Assembly: GCA_963848295.1 (NCBI GenBank)
Contig: CAWKDB010000010.1
Coordinates: 1,408,001-1,472,000, forward strand
DNA from: an uncultured delta proteobacterium
GTDB taxonomy: Bacteria; Myxococcota_A; Polyangia; Haliangiales; Haliangiaceae
DNA: 64,000 nt
Reading direction: 5' to 3'
The notes under the pieces are model-generated. The model saw only the letters and a program-made list of their open reading frames with translations. It was not told where the DNA came from and did not search any database. Below, piece by piece: positions 55,076 to 64,000 of the stretch; position 1 is the stretch's first letter, and the number at the start of each line of letters is the position of its first letter. The position numbers were made by a program, and so were the translations under genes.

Positions 55076-56112
55076 CCCGAATCGCTGCGCTAGCGGCGCT
55101 CGCGCTCTCGGGGTGCCTGTATGCGCGCTTCGTCGTCGAGCAGGCGCCCGGGCAGCTCGAGATCTTGACGAGCGCGCGTCCGCTCGACGAGGTGATTCGC
55201 GATCCCGAGACCCCGCTACGCACGGCGATGATGCTGGCGGAGATTCCCGAGATCAAACGCTACGGGCGGAGCTACGGGCTGACGATCCGACACAATTACG
55301 AGACCTACGTCCAGCTCGAGCGACCGGCGGCGGTGTGGTTCGTCGGTGCGGCGGATCCGGTGGCGTTCAAGCCGAAGCCGTGGTGCTTCCCGTTCGTCGG
55401 CTGCTTCCCCGGCTTGGGGTTCTTCGATGAAGACGAAGCGATCGCGATGGAGCAGAAGCTGATCGGCGATGGCTACGACACGGTCCTGCGTACGGCGTCG
55501 GCGTACTCCACCGGCGGCCGGCTTTCCGACCCGGTGCTATCGTCGATGCTGGGCGGCGGCGACGACGCGCTGCCGTACCTCGCAAACACGATCCTGCACG
55601 AGTCGGTGCACGCGACGGTGCTGATCAAGGACGAGCAGTTCTTCAACGAGAGCCTCGCCGAGTACATCGCCGACGTGCTGACCGACCACTGGATCGAGGT
55701 GCGCTTCGGCCCGGGCACCCCCGAGCAAGTCGCGTGGACGCTCGGCCAGGCGCGATACCTGACCGATGCCGCGCGCCGACTCTCGGCGTACTCCGCACTC
55801 AAAGCGGTCTACGCGTCGAACAAGCCGCGGGCCGAGAAGCTCGCCGAAAAGGCGAAGATCATCGATGCGCTCGTCGCGGACTTGCACATGCGCAAGCGGC
55901 CGAACAACGCCACGCTCAACGAGTCGAAGCTGTACAACGGCGGCGCCGCTGCGCTACACGAGGCCCACGTCGCGTGTGGCGACATCGCGGCATTGATCCG
56001 CGCGGCGAAGACGCTCGAGCGCAAGGACTTCACGTCCGAGCTGCAAGACGACTTGACCCCGATCGGCAAGCTGCTCGGCGAGCGCTGCGCCGCCGCCAAA
56101 AATCGCACCTGA
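55072..56112 (+). CDS. Zn-dependent aminopeptidase family lipoprotein
   Basis: Lipobox LSGC, WCFPFVGC, AYSTGG, ILHESVH...FNESLA. Confidence 0.82.
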   Translation: MTRIAALAALALSGCLYARFVVEQAPGQLEILTSARPLDEVIRDPETPLRTAMMLAEIPEIKRYGRSYGLTIRHNYETYVQLERPAAVWFVGAADPVAFKPKPWCFPFVGCFPGLGFFDEDEAIAMEQKLIGDGYDTVLRTASAYSTGGRLSDPVLSSMLGGGDDALPYLANTILHESVHATVLIKDEQFFNESLAEYIADVLTDHWIEVRFGPGTPEQVAWTLGQARYLTDAARRLSAYSALKAVYASNKPRAEKLAEKAKIIDALVADLHMRKRPNNATLNESKLYNGGAAALHEAHVACGDIAALIRAAKTLERKDFTSELQDDLTPIGKLLGERCAAAKNRT

Positions 56113-56193
56113 ATGACTGTGCAGCGGAGTCGTCTTTGGCATAAAACTGGATCACCGCGCGGCGGCGGCCGACCAGATTTTTCGGGGGAACCA

Positions 56194-56967
56194 ATGCGAT
56201 CGCTCGCCGTCGTCGTCAGCCTGCTCGCTCTCACCGCCACGTCGCAGGCGCACGTCCGCCACAAGCATCGCGCCCCTCGCGCGAGCGCTCGCCACGCCGA
56301 CCGCCAGGCCCACGACCGGCTCGACGGCTCGGACAGCGCCTCCGGCTGGCGGCGCGGTTCGATCGAGGGGCAGAGCGTCGGCCAGCCGTGGTCGGGTCGG
56401 TTGCGCGACGCGACGAAGCTCGAAGAAGGTGACGGCTACGTCATTCGCCGCCCGTACCGCGCGTACGGCACCGCGACCACGATCTCGCTCGTCGAGCAGG
56501 TGATCACCTCGATTCGCGCGAAGTTCCCCGACAACCACGTGCTCGCGATCGGCGACATCTCGGCCGAGCACGGCGGGCCGATCACCCAACACCACTCGCA
56601 CCAGGCGGGTCGCGATATCGACGTCGGCCTGTTTTACAAGGAGAAGCCGCGCGACTACCCCGCGAGCTTCGTGACCGCGACCGCGGCCAACCTCGATTGC
56701 GCGTCGACCTTCGCGCTGCTCTCGGCGTTCGCCGACACCGCGCACGAGAACGGCGGCGCGCAGATCATCTTCCTCGACTACGACGTCCAAGGCCTGCTCT
56801 ACAACTGGGCGATCGACCACGGCGTCGGCGTCGAGCGGCTGGAGCGACTGTTCCAGTATCCGAGAGGTCGTGATTCGAGCGATGGCCTCGTTCGCCACTT
56901 CCCGAACCACGACAATCACATGCACGTCCGGTTCAAGTGCAACGCCGCCGACAGCGCGTGCCGATAG
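56194..56967 (+). CDS. Penicillin-insensitive murein endopeptidase (MepA-like)
   Basis: SVG.P.SGRL, IGDIS..HGG, HHSHQAGRDID, HDNHMHVR. Confidence 0.85.
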   Translation: MRSLAVVVSLLALTATSQAHVRHKHRAPRASARHADRQAHDRLDGSDSASGWRRGSIEGQSVGQPWSGRLRDATKLEEGDGYVIRRPYRAYGTATTISLVEQVITSIRAKFPDNHVLAIGDISAEHGGPITQHHSHQAGRDIDVGLFYKEKPRDYPASFVTATAANLDCASTFALLSAFADTAHENGGAQIIFLDYDVQGLLYNWAIDHGVGVERLERLFQYPRGRDSSDGLVRHFPNHDNHMHVRFKCNAADSACR

Positions 56968-56993
56968 CCGCGGAACCTGAGCTGGGAACCGAT

Positions 56994-58517
56994 CTAGTGC
57001 GTTAGCTTGCGGATGAAGTCGCCGGCGCGCGAGACCACGCCGCTGCCGTAGAGCTGCTTGACGAGGCCCTTCAGCTGCTTCGTCGCGTTCTTCGGCTGGC
57101 GAAAGCTCATCATGTTGACCGGAATCGACATGAGTTGCTCGGACGTCGACTTGATCCGCGTGAACTCGCGAATGCCCTCGTCCCCGTGGATCCGGCCGAA
57201 CCCGGAGTCGCCGATGCCACCGAACGGTAGCGTCGGCATCCCGGCGAATGCCATGACCGAGTTGATCGAGGTCATGCCCGCGCGCAGCCGCTCGGCGATC
57301 GCGCGCGCGGCCTTGCCGGCGAACACGGTCGAGCCAAGCCCGTAGCTCGTGTCGTTCGACAGCTGGACCGCTTCTTCGACCGACTTGACCTTCGCGATCG
57401 GGATCACCGGCCCGAACGTCTCGTCCGTCATGATCTTCATGCGGTGATCGACGCCGGTGAGCACCGTCGGCTGGATGTAGCTGCCCGAGATCGCGGCCGG
57501 GCCGCCGGTCAGCACCTTCGCGCCCTTCGCGATCGCATCGTCGAGATGGTCCTTGACGATCGCGACCTGCGCGGGGCTCGTCATCGCTCCGAGCTGAGCG
57601 TCGTCGCCGCCGACCTTGAGCTCCTTGACCTGCTTGACGACCTCGGTGACGAATGCATCGTGGACCGCTTCGGCGACGTAGACGCGCTCGACGGAGATGC
57701 ACGCCTGACCCGCGTTGGTCAGCGCGCCGTACACGCAGGCTTCGGCGGCCTTCGCGAGGTCGGCGTCTTCGGCGACGATCATCGGATCCTTGCCGCCGAG
57801 CTCGAGCAGCACCGGCGTCAGCCGCTCCGAGGCCGCAGCCATCACGCGCCGTCCCGTCGCGGCCGAGCCGGTGAACGCGATCTTGTCGACTGCGGAGCGA
57901 GCGAGCGCGGCGCCCGTCGCGCCGGCACCGGTCACCACCTGCAGCAGATCGGGCAGCGCGAACGTGCGCTTCGCGATCTCGGCAAGCTCGACCGCCACGA
58001 GCGGTGTCAGCTCGCTCGGCTTCCACACGACCGCGTTGCCCGCCGCCAGCGCGTACGAGATCGAGCCCATCGGCGTGAACAGTGGATAGTTCCACGGGCC
58101 GATCACGCCGATCACACCGAGCGGGTGGTAGCTGATCGTCGCTCGGAAGTTCGCGAGCAAGCCCGGCGACACCCGCCGCGGTGTCATCGCGTGCTCGGCG
58201 ATCGCGGTCGCGTGCTTGATGTGGCCGAGCGCCATCATCACTTCGGTGTAGGCCTCGAGCTCGGGCTTGCCGTTCTCGCGGTGAATGATGCCGGCGAGCT
58301 TGTCGACATTGTCGGCGATCGCCTTGCGGAACGCGACGAGCTCTTCGGTGCGCGCCGCGAACGACAGCGCCGACCACGCTTGGCCGGCTGCGCGAGCGCG
58401 GGCGACCGCGGCATCGACCTCGGCGGGCGTCATGATCGGAACCGTACCGATGACCTCACCGGTCGACGGATCGTGGCTAGAGAGTCGTTCGGTGCTCGAC
58501 GTGACGTGGGTCGCCAT
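56994..58517 (-). CDS. Aldehyde dehydrogenase
   Basis: PWNYP, KPSE, FTGS, LELGGKD, NAGQAC, ETFGP, PFGG. Confidence 0.94.
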   Translation of the reverse strand: MATHVTSSTERLSSHDPSTGEVIGTVPIMTPAEVDAAVARARAAGQAWSALSFAARTEELVAFRKAIADNVDKLAGIIHRENGKPELEAYTEVMMALGHIKHATAIAEHAMTPRRVSPGLLANFRATISYHPLGVIGVIGPWNYPLFTPMGSISYALAAGNAVVWKPSELTPLVAVELAEIAKRTFALPDLLQVVTGAGATGAALARSAVDKIAFTGSAATGRRVMAAASERLTPVLLELGGKDPMIVAEDADLAKAAEACVYGALTNAGQACISVERVYVAEAVHDAFVTEVVKQVKELKVGGDDAQLGAMTSPAQVAIVKDHLDDAIAKGAKVLTGGPAAISGSYIQPTVLTGVDHRMKIMTDETFGPVIPIAKVKSVEEAVQLSNDTSYGLGSTVFAGKAARAIAERLRAGMTSINSVMAFAGMPTLPFGGIGDSGFGRIHGDEGIREFTRIKSTSEQLMSIPVNMMSFRQPKNATKQLKGLVKQLYGSGVVSRAGDFIRKLTH

Positions 58518-58668
58518 GCGGTCAAGATCGCACACGACTGGCTGGTCCCCAAGGGCGATCAGCGCGATGACGCGGCCCCGCAAGCGGGGGCCTCTCGGCC
58601 CAAGGAGTCGGCCGTCCTTGCCGCGCCGGACAGCCGATCGATCGAAAGGCCTCGAGGCTGGAGCGCGT

Positions 58669-60279
58669 TCACTTAGGCGATACCGCGGGTGCGCTGTCGC
58701 CCTGAGTCTCGATCGCGATCGCGACCCCAGCGACGACGCCGAGCGCCATCAAGATCAACAGCACGACCCAACCCGCGCTCGATTTGATCTTGTAATCGGC
58801 GGGCATCATCGTCGGGATCCGCGTCGACGTCGGCTGCATCATCTGTCGCTGCGCGACGCCGGTGGTCCATCCGAGCTTCGCGTCATCGACGAGCGGGCGC
58901 GCCCCGACATCGCTGATCTCGTCCTTGGGGATCCTGGGCGATTCCATCCGGCGCGGCGGAACTCCCGAGCCGGTGAGCGTATCGACCTCGGGATCGAGGT
59001 CGGCTTGCGCCGGGTTGCCCTGGGCCGGCGTGCGGCGCGATCCGGCCCGAGGCGCATAGGCCGGCTCCGGAGCTTGTTGCCATGCCGCGGCGTCTTGCGG
59101 CGGGCTCGACGACCGCTTCGGCATCGGCGTCGGACGCACCGGCGCCGGGACCTCGGGCAGTGCGTCGGTCTGTGCGCGCGACGACGGCGGTCGTTGCGCC
59201 TCCATGTGCGGCGATGATGGGCGCCGCTCTTCGATGATCGACGTCTTCTCGTTGTCGACCTCGCCGTCATCATCGGTCTCGGTGATCTGCGTGCGGTCGG
59301 GACCGCCCGGACTCGACCCTTCGACCCACGGCTCGCGCTTAGAGCCGAACAGCTGCGTCATGAACCGGCCCATCGCCGTGTCCGAGCCGTTGAGCTTCGC
59401 GCGCACGGTGAACGCGTCGAGCGCTTCGATCATCTCGGCCGCGGTCTGGAACCGCGAGCCCGGATCGTTCGCCATCGCGGTGAGCACGATCGCCTCGAGC
59501 TCGCGCGGGTAGCCCGGCACCGCGACCGACGGCAGCATCACGTCGCCGGCGACGATCCGCTTCATCGTCTCGAAGTCGTCGTTGCCTTTGAACGCTCGGC
59601 GCAACGTGGTCAGCTCGTAGAGACAGATGCCGAGCGCGAAGATGTCGCTGCGCCGGTCGATCGGCTTGCCCTTGCACTGCTCCGGCGACATGTAGCCGTA
59701 CTTGCCCTTGATCGTGCCACCGACCGTCTTGGTCGCGCGCTCCTCGGCTTTCGCGATGCCGAAATCCAAGACCTTCACGCTGCCGTCGAAGCCGACCATG
59801 ATGTTCGCCGGCGAGACGTCGCGGTGAACGATGTTGAGCGGCTGGCCTTGTTTGCCTTTGCGCTCGTGCGCGTGATGCAGCCCGGCCGCCGCGCCGCTCA
59901 CGATCATCACCGCGAGCTCGAGTGGAATCGTCCAGCCACGCCGCAGGGTGGTCTCGAGAATCGCGCGCGCGTTCTCGCCATGGACGTACTCCATCGCCAT
60001 GAAGTAGGCGCCGTCGGCCTGATCGACTTCGTAGACTTGCGCGACGTTCTGGTGATTGAGCGTCGCCGCGAGCCGCGCCTCGTCCAGGAACATCGTGACG
60101 AACCGCTGATCGCTCGCGCGCTCGCGCAAGATCGTCTTCAGCACCACGTGGCGCTCGAACGAGCCCAACCCGGACTGGCGCGCGAGATAGATCTGCGCCA
60201 TTCCGCCCGTTGCGAGGTGACTGATCACCTCGTAGCGGCCAACCCGCAAGGGGGCCCCTGACGTGGGCTCCGGCACCAC
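58669..60279 (-). CDS. Membrane-anchored Hanks-type Ser/Thr protein kinase
   Basis: GGMA, VVLK, HRDVSPAN, DFG, YMSPEQ, DIFALG; C-terminal TM. Confidence 0.95.
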   Translation of the reverse strand: MVPEPTSGAPLRVGRYEVISHLATGGMAQIYLARQSGLGSFERHVVLKTILRERASDQRFVTMFLDEARLAATLNHQNVAQVYEVDQADGAYFMAMEYVHGENARAILETTLRRGWTIPLELAVMIVSGAAAGLHHAHERKGKQGQPLNIVHRDVSPANIMVGFDGSVKVLDFGIAKAEERATKTVGGTIKGKYGYMSPEQCKGKPIDRRSDIFALGICLYELTTLRRAFKGNDDFETMKRIVAGDVMLPSVAVPGYPRELEAIVLTAMANDPGSRFQTAAEMIEALDAFTVRAKLNGSDTAMGRFMTQLFGSKREPWVEGSSPGGPDRTQITETDDDGEVDNEKTSIIEERRPSSPHMEAQRPPSSRAQTDALPEVPAPVRPTPMPKRSSSPPQDAAAWQQAPEPAYAPRAGSRRTPAQGNPAQADLDPEVDTLTGSGVPPRRMESPRIPKDEISDVGARPLVDDAKLGWTTGVAQRQMMQPTSTRIPTMMPADYKIKSSAGWVVLLILMALGVVAGVAIAIETQGDSAPAVSPK

Positions 60280-60366
60280 CTGTGAAGGATCGGCTGCTTA
60301 GCTCGGTGTGTCAAGCGGACGTCCGCTCACGATCTCCGTCGAAGCGCTACATGGGTTCCCGCGATC

Positions 60367-61140
60367 ATGGCAACGTTCAGGTCGGTGTCACACACGACGC
60401 TCGAGATCGCGCTGTCCGGGGCGTTGCCGGCGATCGTCGCGATGTGGGTCGTCGACCGACTAGACGCCAAGCGGCCCGAGCCGCCGAGGCTGCGCCGGCT
60501 CGTCGCATTCGCGGGCATGCTGTCGACGATCCCCGCGATCCTGATCGAGCTTCAGCTGACGAAGCGGGCCGCTCCATACATCGGCCCACAGCTCACCTAT
60601 CAGGGCGCGGTGTTTCACGCGTTCGGGGTCGCGGCCGTTGTCGAGGAGGCTTGCAAGATCGCGGTGGTTTACTGGGTGGTCTGGCGCCGGCCCGAGTTCG
60701 ACGAACGCATGGATGGGATCGTCTACGCGAGCCGCGCCGGCCTGGGGTTCGCGCTCGTCGAGAACGTGCTGTACCTGATGCAGCAGCCATCGGCCGGCGG
60801 CGAGCTCCAGGTGTGGATCCTACGCGCGGTGCTCGCGGTACCGGGCCACGCGATCTGGACCGGCATGATCGGCGCCCTCGCCGCGCGCCGGCGGTTCGAC
60901 GGCAAGGGTCTCGGACTCCTCGGCGGCTATCTGCTCGCGGTCGCGTTTCATGGCACGTACGACATGTGCGTATTTTTGCAGGCGCCGCTCCACCTCGAAG
61001 GCCACACGACGCTGTCGATGCTCGTGATGCCTGCGCTGGGGGCGATCACGCTGCTGGGCTTCCTCTTGCTGCGCGGGATGGCGCGTTCGGCGCTGCGGCT
61101 CGACGACCTCGATGCCGCTCGCGCCGCGCAGGTTGCTTGA
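60367..61140 (+). CDS. PrsW-family intramembrane metalloprotease
   Basis: EEACK, DGIVY, GLGFALVEN, GHAIW, FHGTYD. Confidence 0.88.
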   Translation: MATFRSVSHTTLEIALSGALPAIVAMWVVDRLDAKRPEPPRLRRLVAFAGMLSTIPAILIELQLTKRAAPYIGPQLTYQGAVFHAFGVAAVVEEACKIAVVYWVVWRRPEFDERMDGIVYASRAGLGFALVENVLYLMQQPSAGGELQVWILRAVLAVPGHAIWTGMIGALAARRRFDGKGLGLLGGYLLAVAFHGTYDMCVFLQAPLHLEGHTTLSMLVMPALGAITLLGFLLLRGMARSALRLDDLDAARAAQVA

Positions 61141-61142
61141 GC

Positions 61143-61607
61143 TCACTCGCGCGCGCGCAACAGCCGGATCGCGGCGGTGGCGCCGAAGACGATCGCGATC
61201 GCGAAGGTCGGCAGCCCACGATCGATCGACATGCCCGGCAGCGACGGCAACTGGACGGCGAACGCCACGGCCGCGGCGATCGCGGTGACGATCGAGACCA
61301 ACACGAGCTTCGCGAGCTGACGCGGAATGCGCCGCGACGCGACGGTGCCCGCCATCGCGATCAACAACACCATCGCGATCAACCCCGCGGCGGTCGTCGC
61401 GGTCGCGCTGCGCTGCCACAGCGAGCTGCCACCGACCCAGTCGAGGTTCGTCGGGTGACACTCACCATCGAAACAATTGACCGATCCGAACGGGCCGATC
61501 GGCACGCCCGCGACCGTCCACCACTGGCCGCCTTCGACGGCGAGCGCGAATCCCCCCGCGCCGAGCAGCGCGAGCGAGATCGTGATCCAGCGAGAGCGCG
61601 CGGTCAT
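61143..61607 (-). CDS. Hypothetical 4-TM membrane protein
   Basis: Four hydrophobic helices and a C-x4-C loop. Confidence 0.65.
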   Translation of the reverse strand: MTARSRWITISLALLGAGGFALAVEGGQWWTVAGVPIGPFGSVNCFDGECHPTNLDWVGGSSLWQRSATATTAAGLIAMVLLIAMAGTVASRRIPRQLAKLVLVSIVTAIAAAVAFAVQLPSLPGMSIDRGLPTFAIAIVFGATAAIRLLRARE

Positions 61608-61711
61608 CGGCGGCGCATCTTACATAACTGTGGCGGGATGAAAACCGCGTTGCCTACATTGACCTCGCACGGCCTCGTGCAAAAAACTGGTGTTTGCCTC
61701 GCAGCCCGCTC

Positions 61712-62560
61712 ATGGATCGCGCCCCGCTCCTCCGCAGTCTGTTGTTCGTCCCGCTCCTCGCGTGCGCGGTCACGGCGGTCGCGGTGCAGGCGCCGGCGAC
61801 GATCGAGGTCGCGGCTCCGGAGCCGACCGACTTCGTGAATCTCGGCCGCGCGGTGCATTGGCTCGGTGAGATCGATCTTCGCTTCGACGTCGACGCGGCT
61901 CGCGGCCGACTCGCGAGCCTCGGCCTGATCGTCCACGACGGCGTGATCGAAGCGAACGACCGACTCGAAGCATACGCCCAGTACTTGCCGCTGCCGGTGC
62001 CCGATCTGCGGATGCTGACGGTGTCGCCGGTCGAGAAGGTCGAGAGCTCGGGCTACGGCTGGCGGGACGATCCGTTCCACCACGATCGCCGGTTCCACTA
62101 CGGCACGGACTTTCATGCGAAGCCGGGCACGACCGTGATGGCGGCCGGACCGGGCACGGTGGTCTATGCTACCTGGCAAAGCGGTTACGGCAAGGTCGTC
62201 TATATCGATCATGGCGGTGGCGTGATCACGCGCTACGGTCACCTGCGGCGGATCACGACCAAGAAGGGCGCAACCGTCGCCGCCGGCGATCAGATCGGCG
62301 AGGTCGGCTCGACCGGCCACGCGACCGGCCCGCACCTCCACTTCGAGGTCCGGCTCGACGGCCGCGCGGTGGATCCGGTCACCGCGATGACGGTCGCGAG
62401 CCTCGAGCGCGACCATCCCGCGGCCGGGCACATCGCCGCGTTCTCGCTCGCGCCGGCCGTTCAGGCGAAGTCGCGCGATCACCAGGACGCGACGAACCGC
62501 CGCACGGCAACTCGCCCCGAACGCGCTGGCCGCACCAAGCGTGCGCAGGTCCTCTGGTAG
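61712..62560 (+). CDS. M23 family metallopeptidase
   Basis: SSGYGWR.DP, FHYGTDF, GYGKVV.IDH, RYGHL, GSTG.ATGPHLHFE. Confidence 0.92.
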   Translation: MDRAPLLRSLLFVPLLACAVTAVAVQAPATIEVAAPEPTDFVNLGRAVHWLGEIDLRFDVDAARGRLASLGLIVHDGVIEANDRLEAYAQYLPLPVPDLRMLTVSPVEKVESSGYGWRDDPFHHDRRFHYGTDFHAKPGTTVMAAGPGTVVYATWQSGYGKVVYIDHGGGVITRYGHLRRITTKKGATVAAGDQIGEVGSTGHATGPHLHFEVRLDGRAVDPVTAMTVASLERDHPAAGHIAAFSLAPAVQAKSRDHQDATNRRTATRPERAGRTKRAQVLW

Positions 62561-62592
62561 CGCCGCCCGTCGAGCCGGGATAGAACTCCCGC

Positions 62593-64000
62593 GTGCCCGA
62601 CCGATCCTCCGAGCAGCTCGCGCGACGCTACGTCGCGTGGTGCAAGCGGCGCGCACTCGCGATCATCGCGGCACACGTCGCGGTCGTCGCAGCAGCGGTC
62701 TACCTGATCGCGTTCCATCTCCCGCTGTACGCCGACTTTTCGTACTTGTTGCCGCAAGACGCGCCGGCGGTGAAGGACCTGCGCAAGATCGAAGCGCGCG
62801 TCAAGACGCCGGACACCGTGCTCGTGTTGATCACCGCGCCGACCAAAGCGGAGCGCGCAGCGGTCGCCAGCGAGATGGCGGCCGAGATGCGCAAGCTGTC
62901 GCCCGAGCTCGTCGACCGCGTCGACGACGATGATTCGGTCACGCGCAACTTCCTGCACGCGCATCGCTTCCTGCTCGCGCCACTCGACGACTTGATCGCG
63001 GCGCGCGACGCGCTGAAGCAGCGGATCAAAGACGCGAAGCTCGCGGCCGATCCGCTGTACGTCGATCTCGAAGACCACGATGCGGCGGCGGACAAGGCCG
63101 AGCTCGAGCGACTGCGCAAGAAGCGCAAGGACGCCGAAGCGAAGATCGATCGCCCGACGATGGTCAGCGCCGACGGGCTCACCGCAAAGCTCGAGGTCCG
63201 CGGCGCGTTTCGTGCGACCGACGCCGGGCTCGGCCACAAGCTCCTCACCGAGCTCGAGGACATCGGCGCGCGGATCACGGCGCAGCATCCGCAAGTGAAG
63301 ATCGGCTATACCGGCAGCGTCGTCACGTCGGTGGTCGAGCACAACGCGATCCTCAACGGCATCGTGCTGTCGAGCATCGTGACGACGCTGCTCGTCGCGC
63401 TCGTGCTCGCGCTGTACTTCCGCAGCGCGACGCTGCTCGTGCTGCTCGTCGGGACGATCGGGGTCGCAACCGCGGGAGCGTTCGGCGCCGCCGCGCTCAC
63501 CGTCGGTCACCTCAACGCCGCTACCGCGTTCCTGGGCGCGATCATCGCCGGCAACGGGATCAACTACGGCATCTTGTTGATCGCACGTTATCTCGAGGAG
63601 CGCCGCTCGACCGACACCGACGAAGCGCTGGTCCAGGCGATCGTCGGCACCTTACGTCCGACCGCGGTCGCTTCGCTCGGCGCGTCGATCGCGTACGGCT
63701 CGCTCGCCGCGACCAGCTTCAAGGGCTTCGCCGACTTCGCCGTGATCGGCGCGATCGGCATGTTGCTGTGCTGGATCGCGACGTACCTGTTGCTGCCGGC
63801 CCTGATGCTGCGGTTCGGTCGCGACACGCGGATCCACACCGGCGATCCAGTCGTCGGTCGCACGCTCGTCAGGGTGCTCGGCTTTCGCAACTCGAAAGCG
63901 GTCCTCGCGGTCAGCGCTGTACTCGCAATCGCCGCGGCGGTCGTGGTCACGCGCTACGTGATGCACGACCCGTTCGAGTACGACAGCAAGAAGTTGCGGT
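62593..64000 (+). CDS. MMPL/RND-family transporter, 3' end outside window
   Basis: Manual translation from GTG 62593: N-terminal TM, LYADFSYLLP.DAP, then TMs with AIIAGNGINYGILL..RY.EE and SFKGFADF. Confidence 0.85.
   Translation, partial: MPDRSSEQLARRYVAWCKRRALAIIAAHVAVVAAAVYLIAFHLPLYADFSYLLPQDAPAVKDLRKIEARVKTPDTVLVLITAPTKAERAAVASEMAAEMRKLSPELVDRVDDDDSVTRNFLHAHRFLLAPLDDLIAARDALKQRIKDAKLAADPLYVDLEDHDAAADKAELERLRKKRKDAEAKIDRPTMVSADGLTAKLEVRGAFRATDAGLGHKLLTELEDIGARITAQHPQVKIGYTGSVVTSVVEHNAILNGIVLSSIVTTLLVALVLALYFRSATLLVLLVGTIGVATAGAFGAAALTVGHLNAATAFLGAIIAGNGINYGILLIARYLEERRSTDTDEALVQAIVGTLRPTAVASLGASIAYGSLAATSFKGFADFAVIGAIGMLLCWIATYLLLPALMLRFGRDTRIHTGDPVVGRTLVRVLGFRNSKAVLAVSAVLAIAAAVVVTRYVMHDPFEYDSKKLR

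Noticed and set aside
120..63966. Many long Arg/Ala-rich alternative-frame and antisense ORFs in the track (for example 35969-38284, 56152-58377, 12577-14286)
   Set aside because: Shadow ORFs expected in very GC-rich DNA. They overlap genes with clear family motifs and have none of their own.

Overview
GC-rich chromosomal window from a myxobacterium-like organism (Myxococcota; inferred from PEGA, TSP3-OmpA, MYXO-CTERM-like and Ser/Thr kinase proteins). It holds about 59 densely packed CDSs, mostly housekeeping and envelope genes (glnS-YqeY, asnS, dapL, ttcA, rsmE, uppP, FKBP, a two-component pair, many lipoproteins). No prophage, cas genes or true CRISPR array are visible. Main unusual observations: (1) a 1661-aa ORF that reads like a polyprotein, with an Ig-like surface stalk ending in an internal MYXO-CTERM-like tag whose poly-Arg tail runs into a second signal peptide and a TraB-like barrel/TSP3/OmpA module; (2) a roughly 1-kb minus-strand non-coding island with a leader-peptide attenuator, two non-canonical tRNA-like genes and an internally deleted Ro60/TROVE remnant; (3) a coupled FadL / sphingosine-1-phosphate lyase / M81 amidase operon; (4) TANNNT boxes 4-7 nt upstream of many start codons, suggesting widespread leaderless mRNAs; (5) a 25-bp REP/MITE-like repeat family plus a RAYT-type HUH transposase. 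All calls come from reading motifs by eye; no searches were run.
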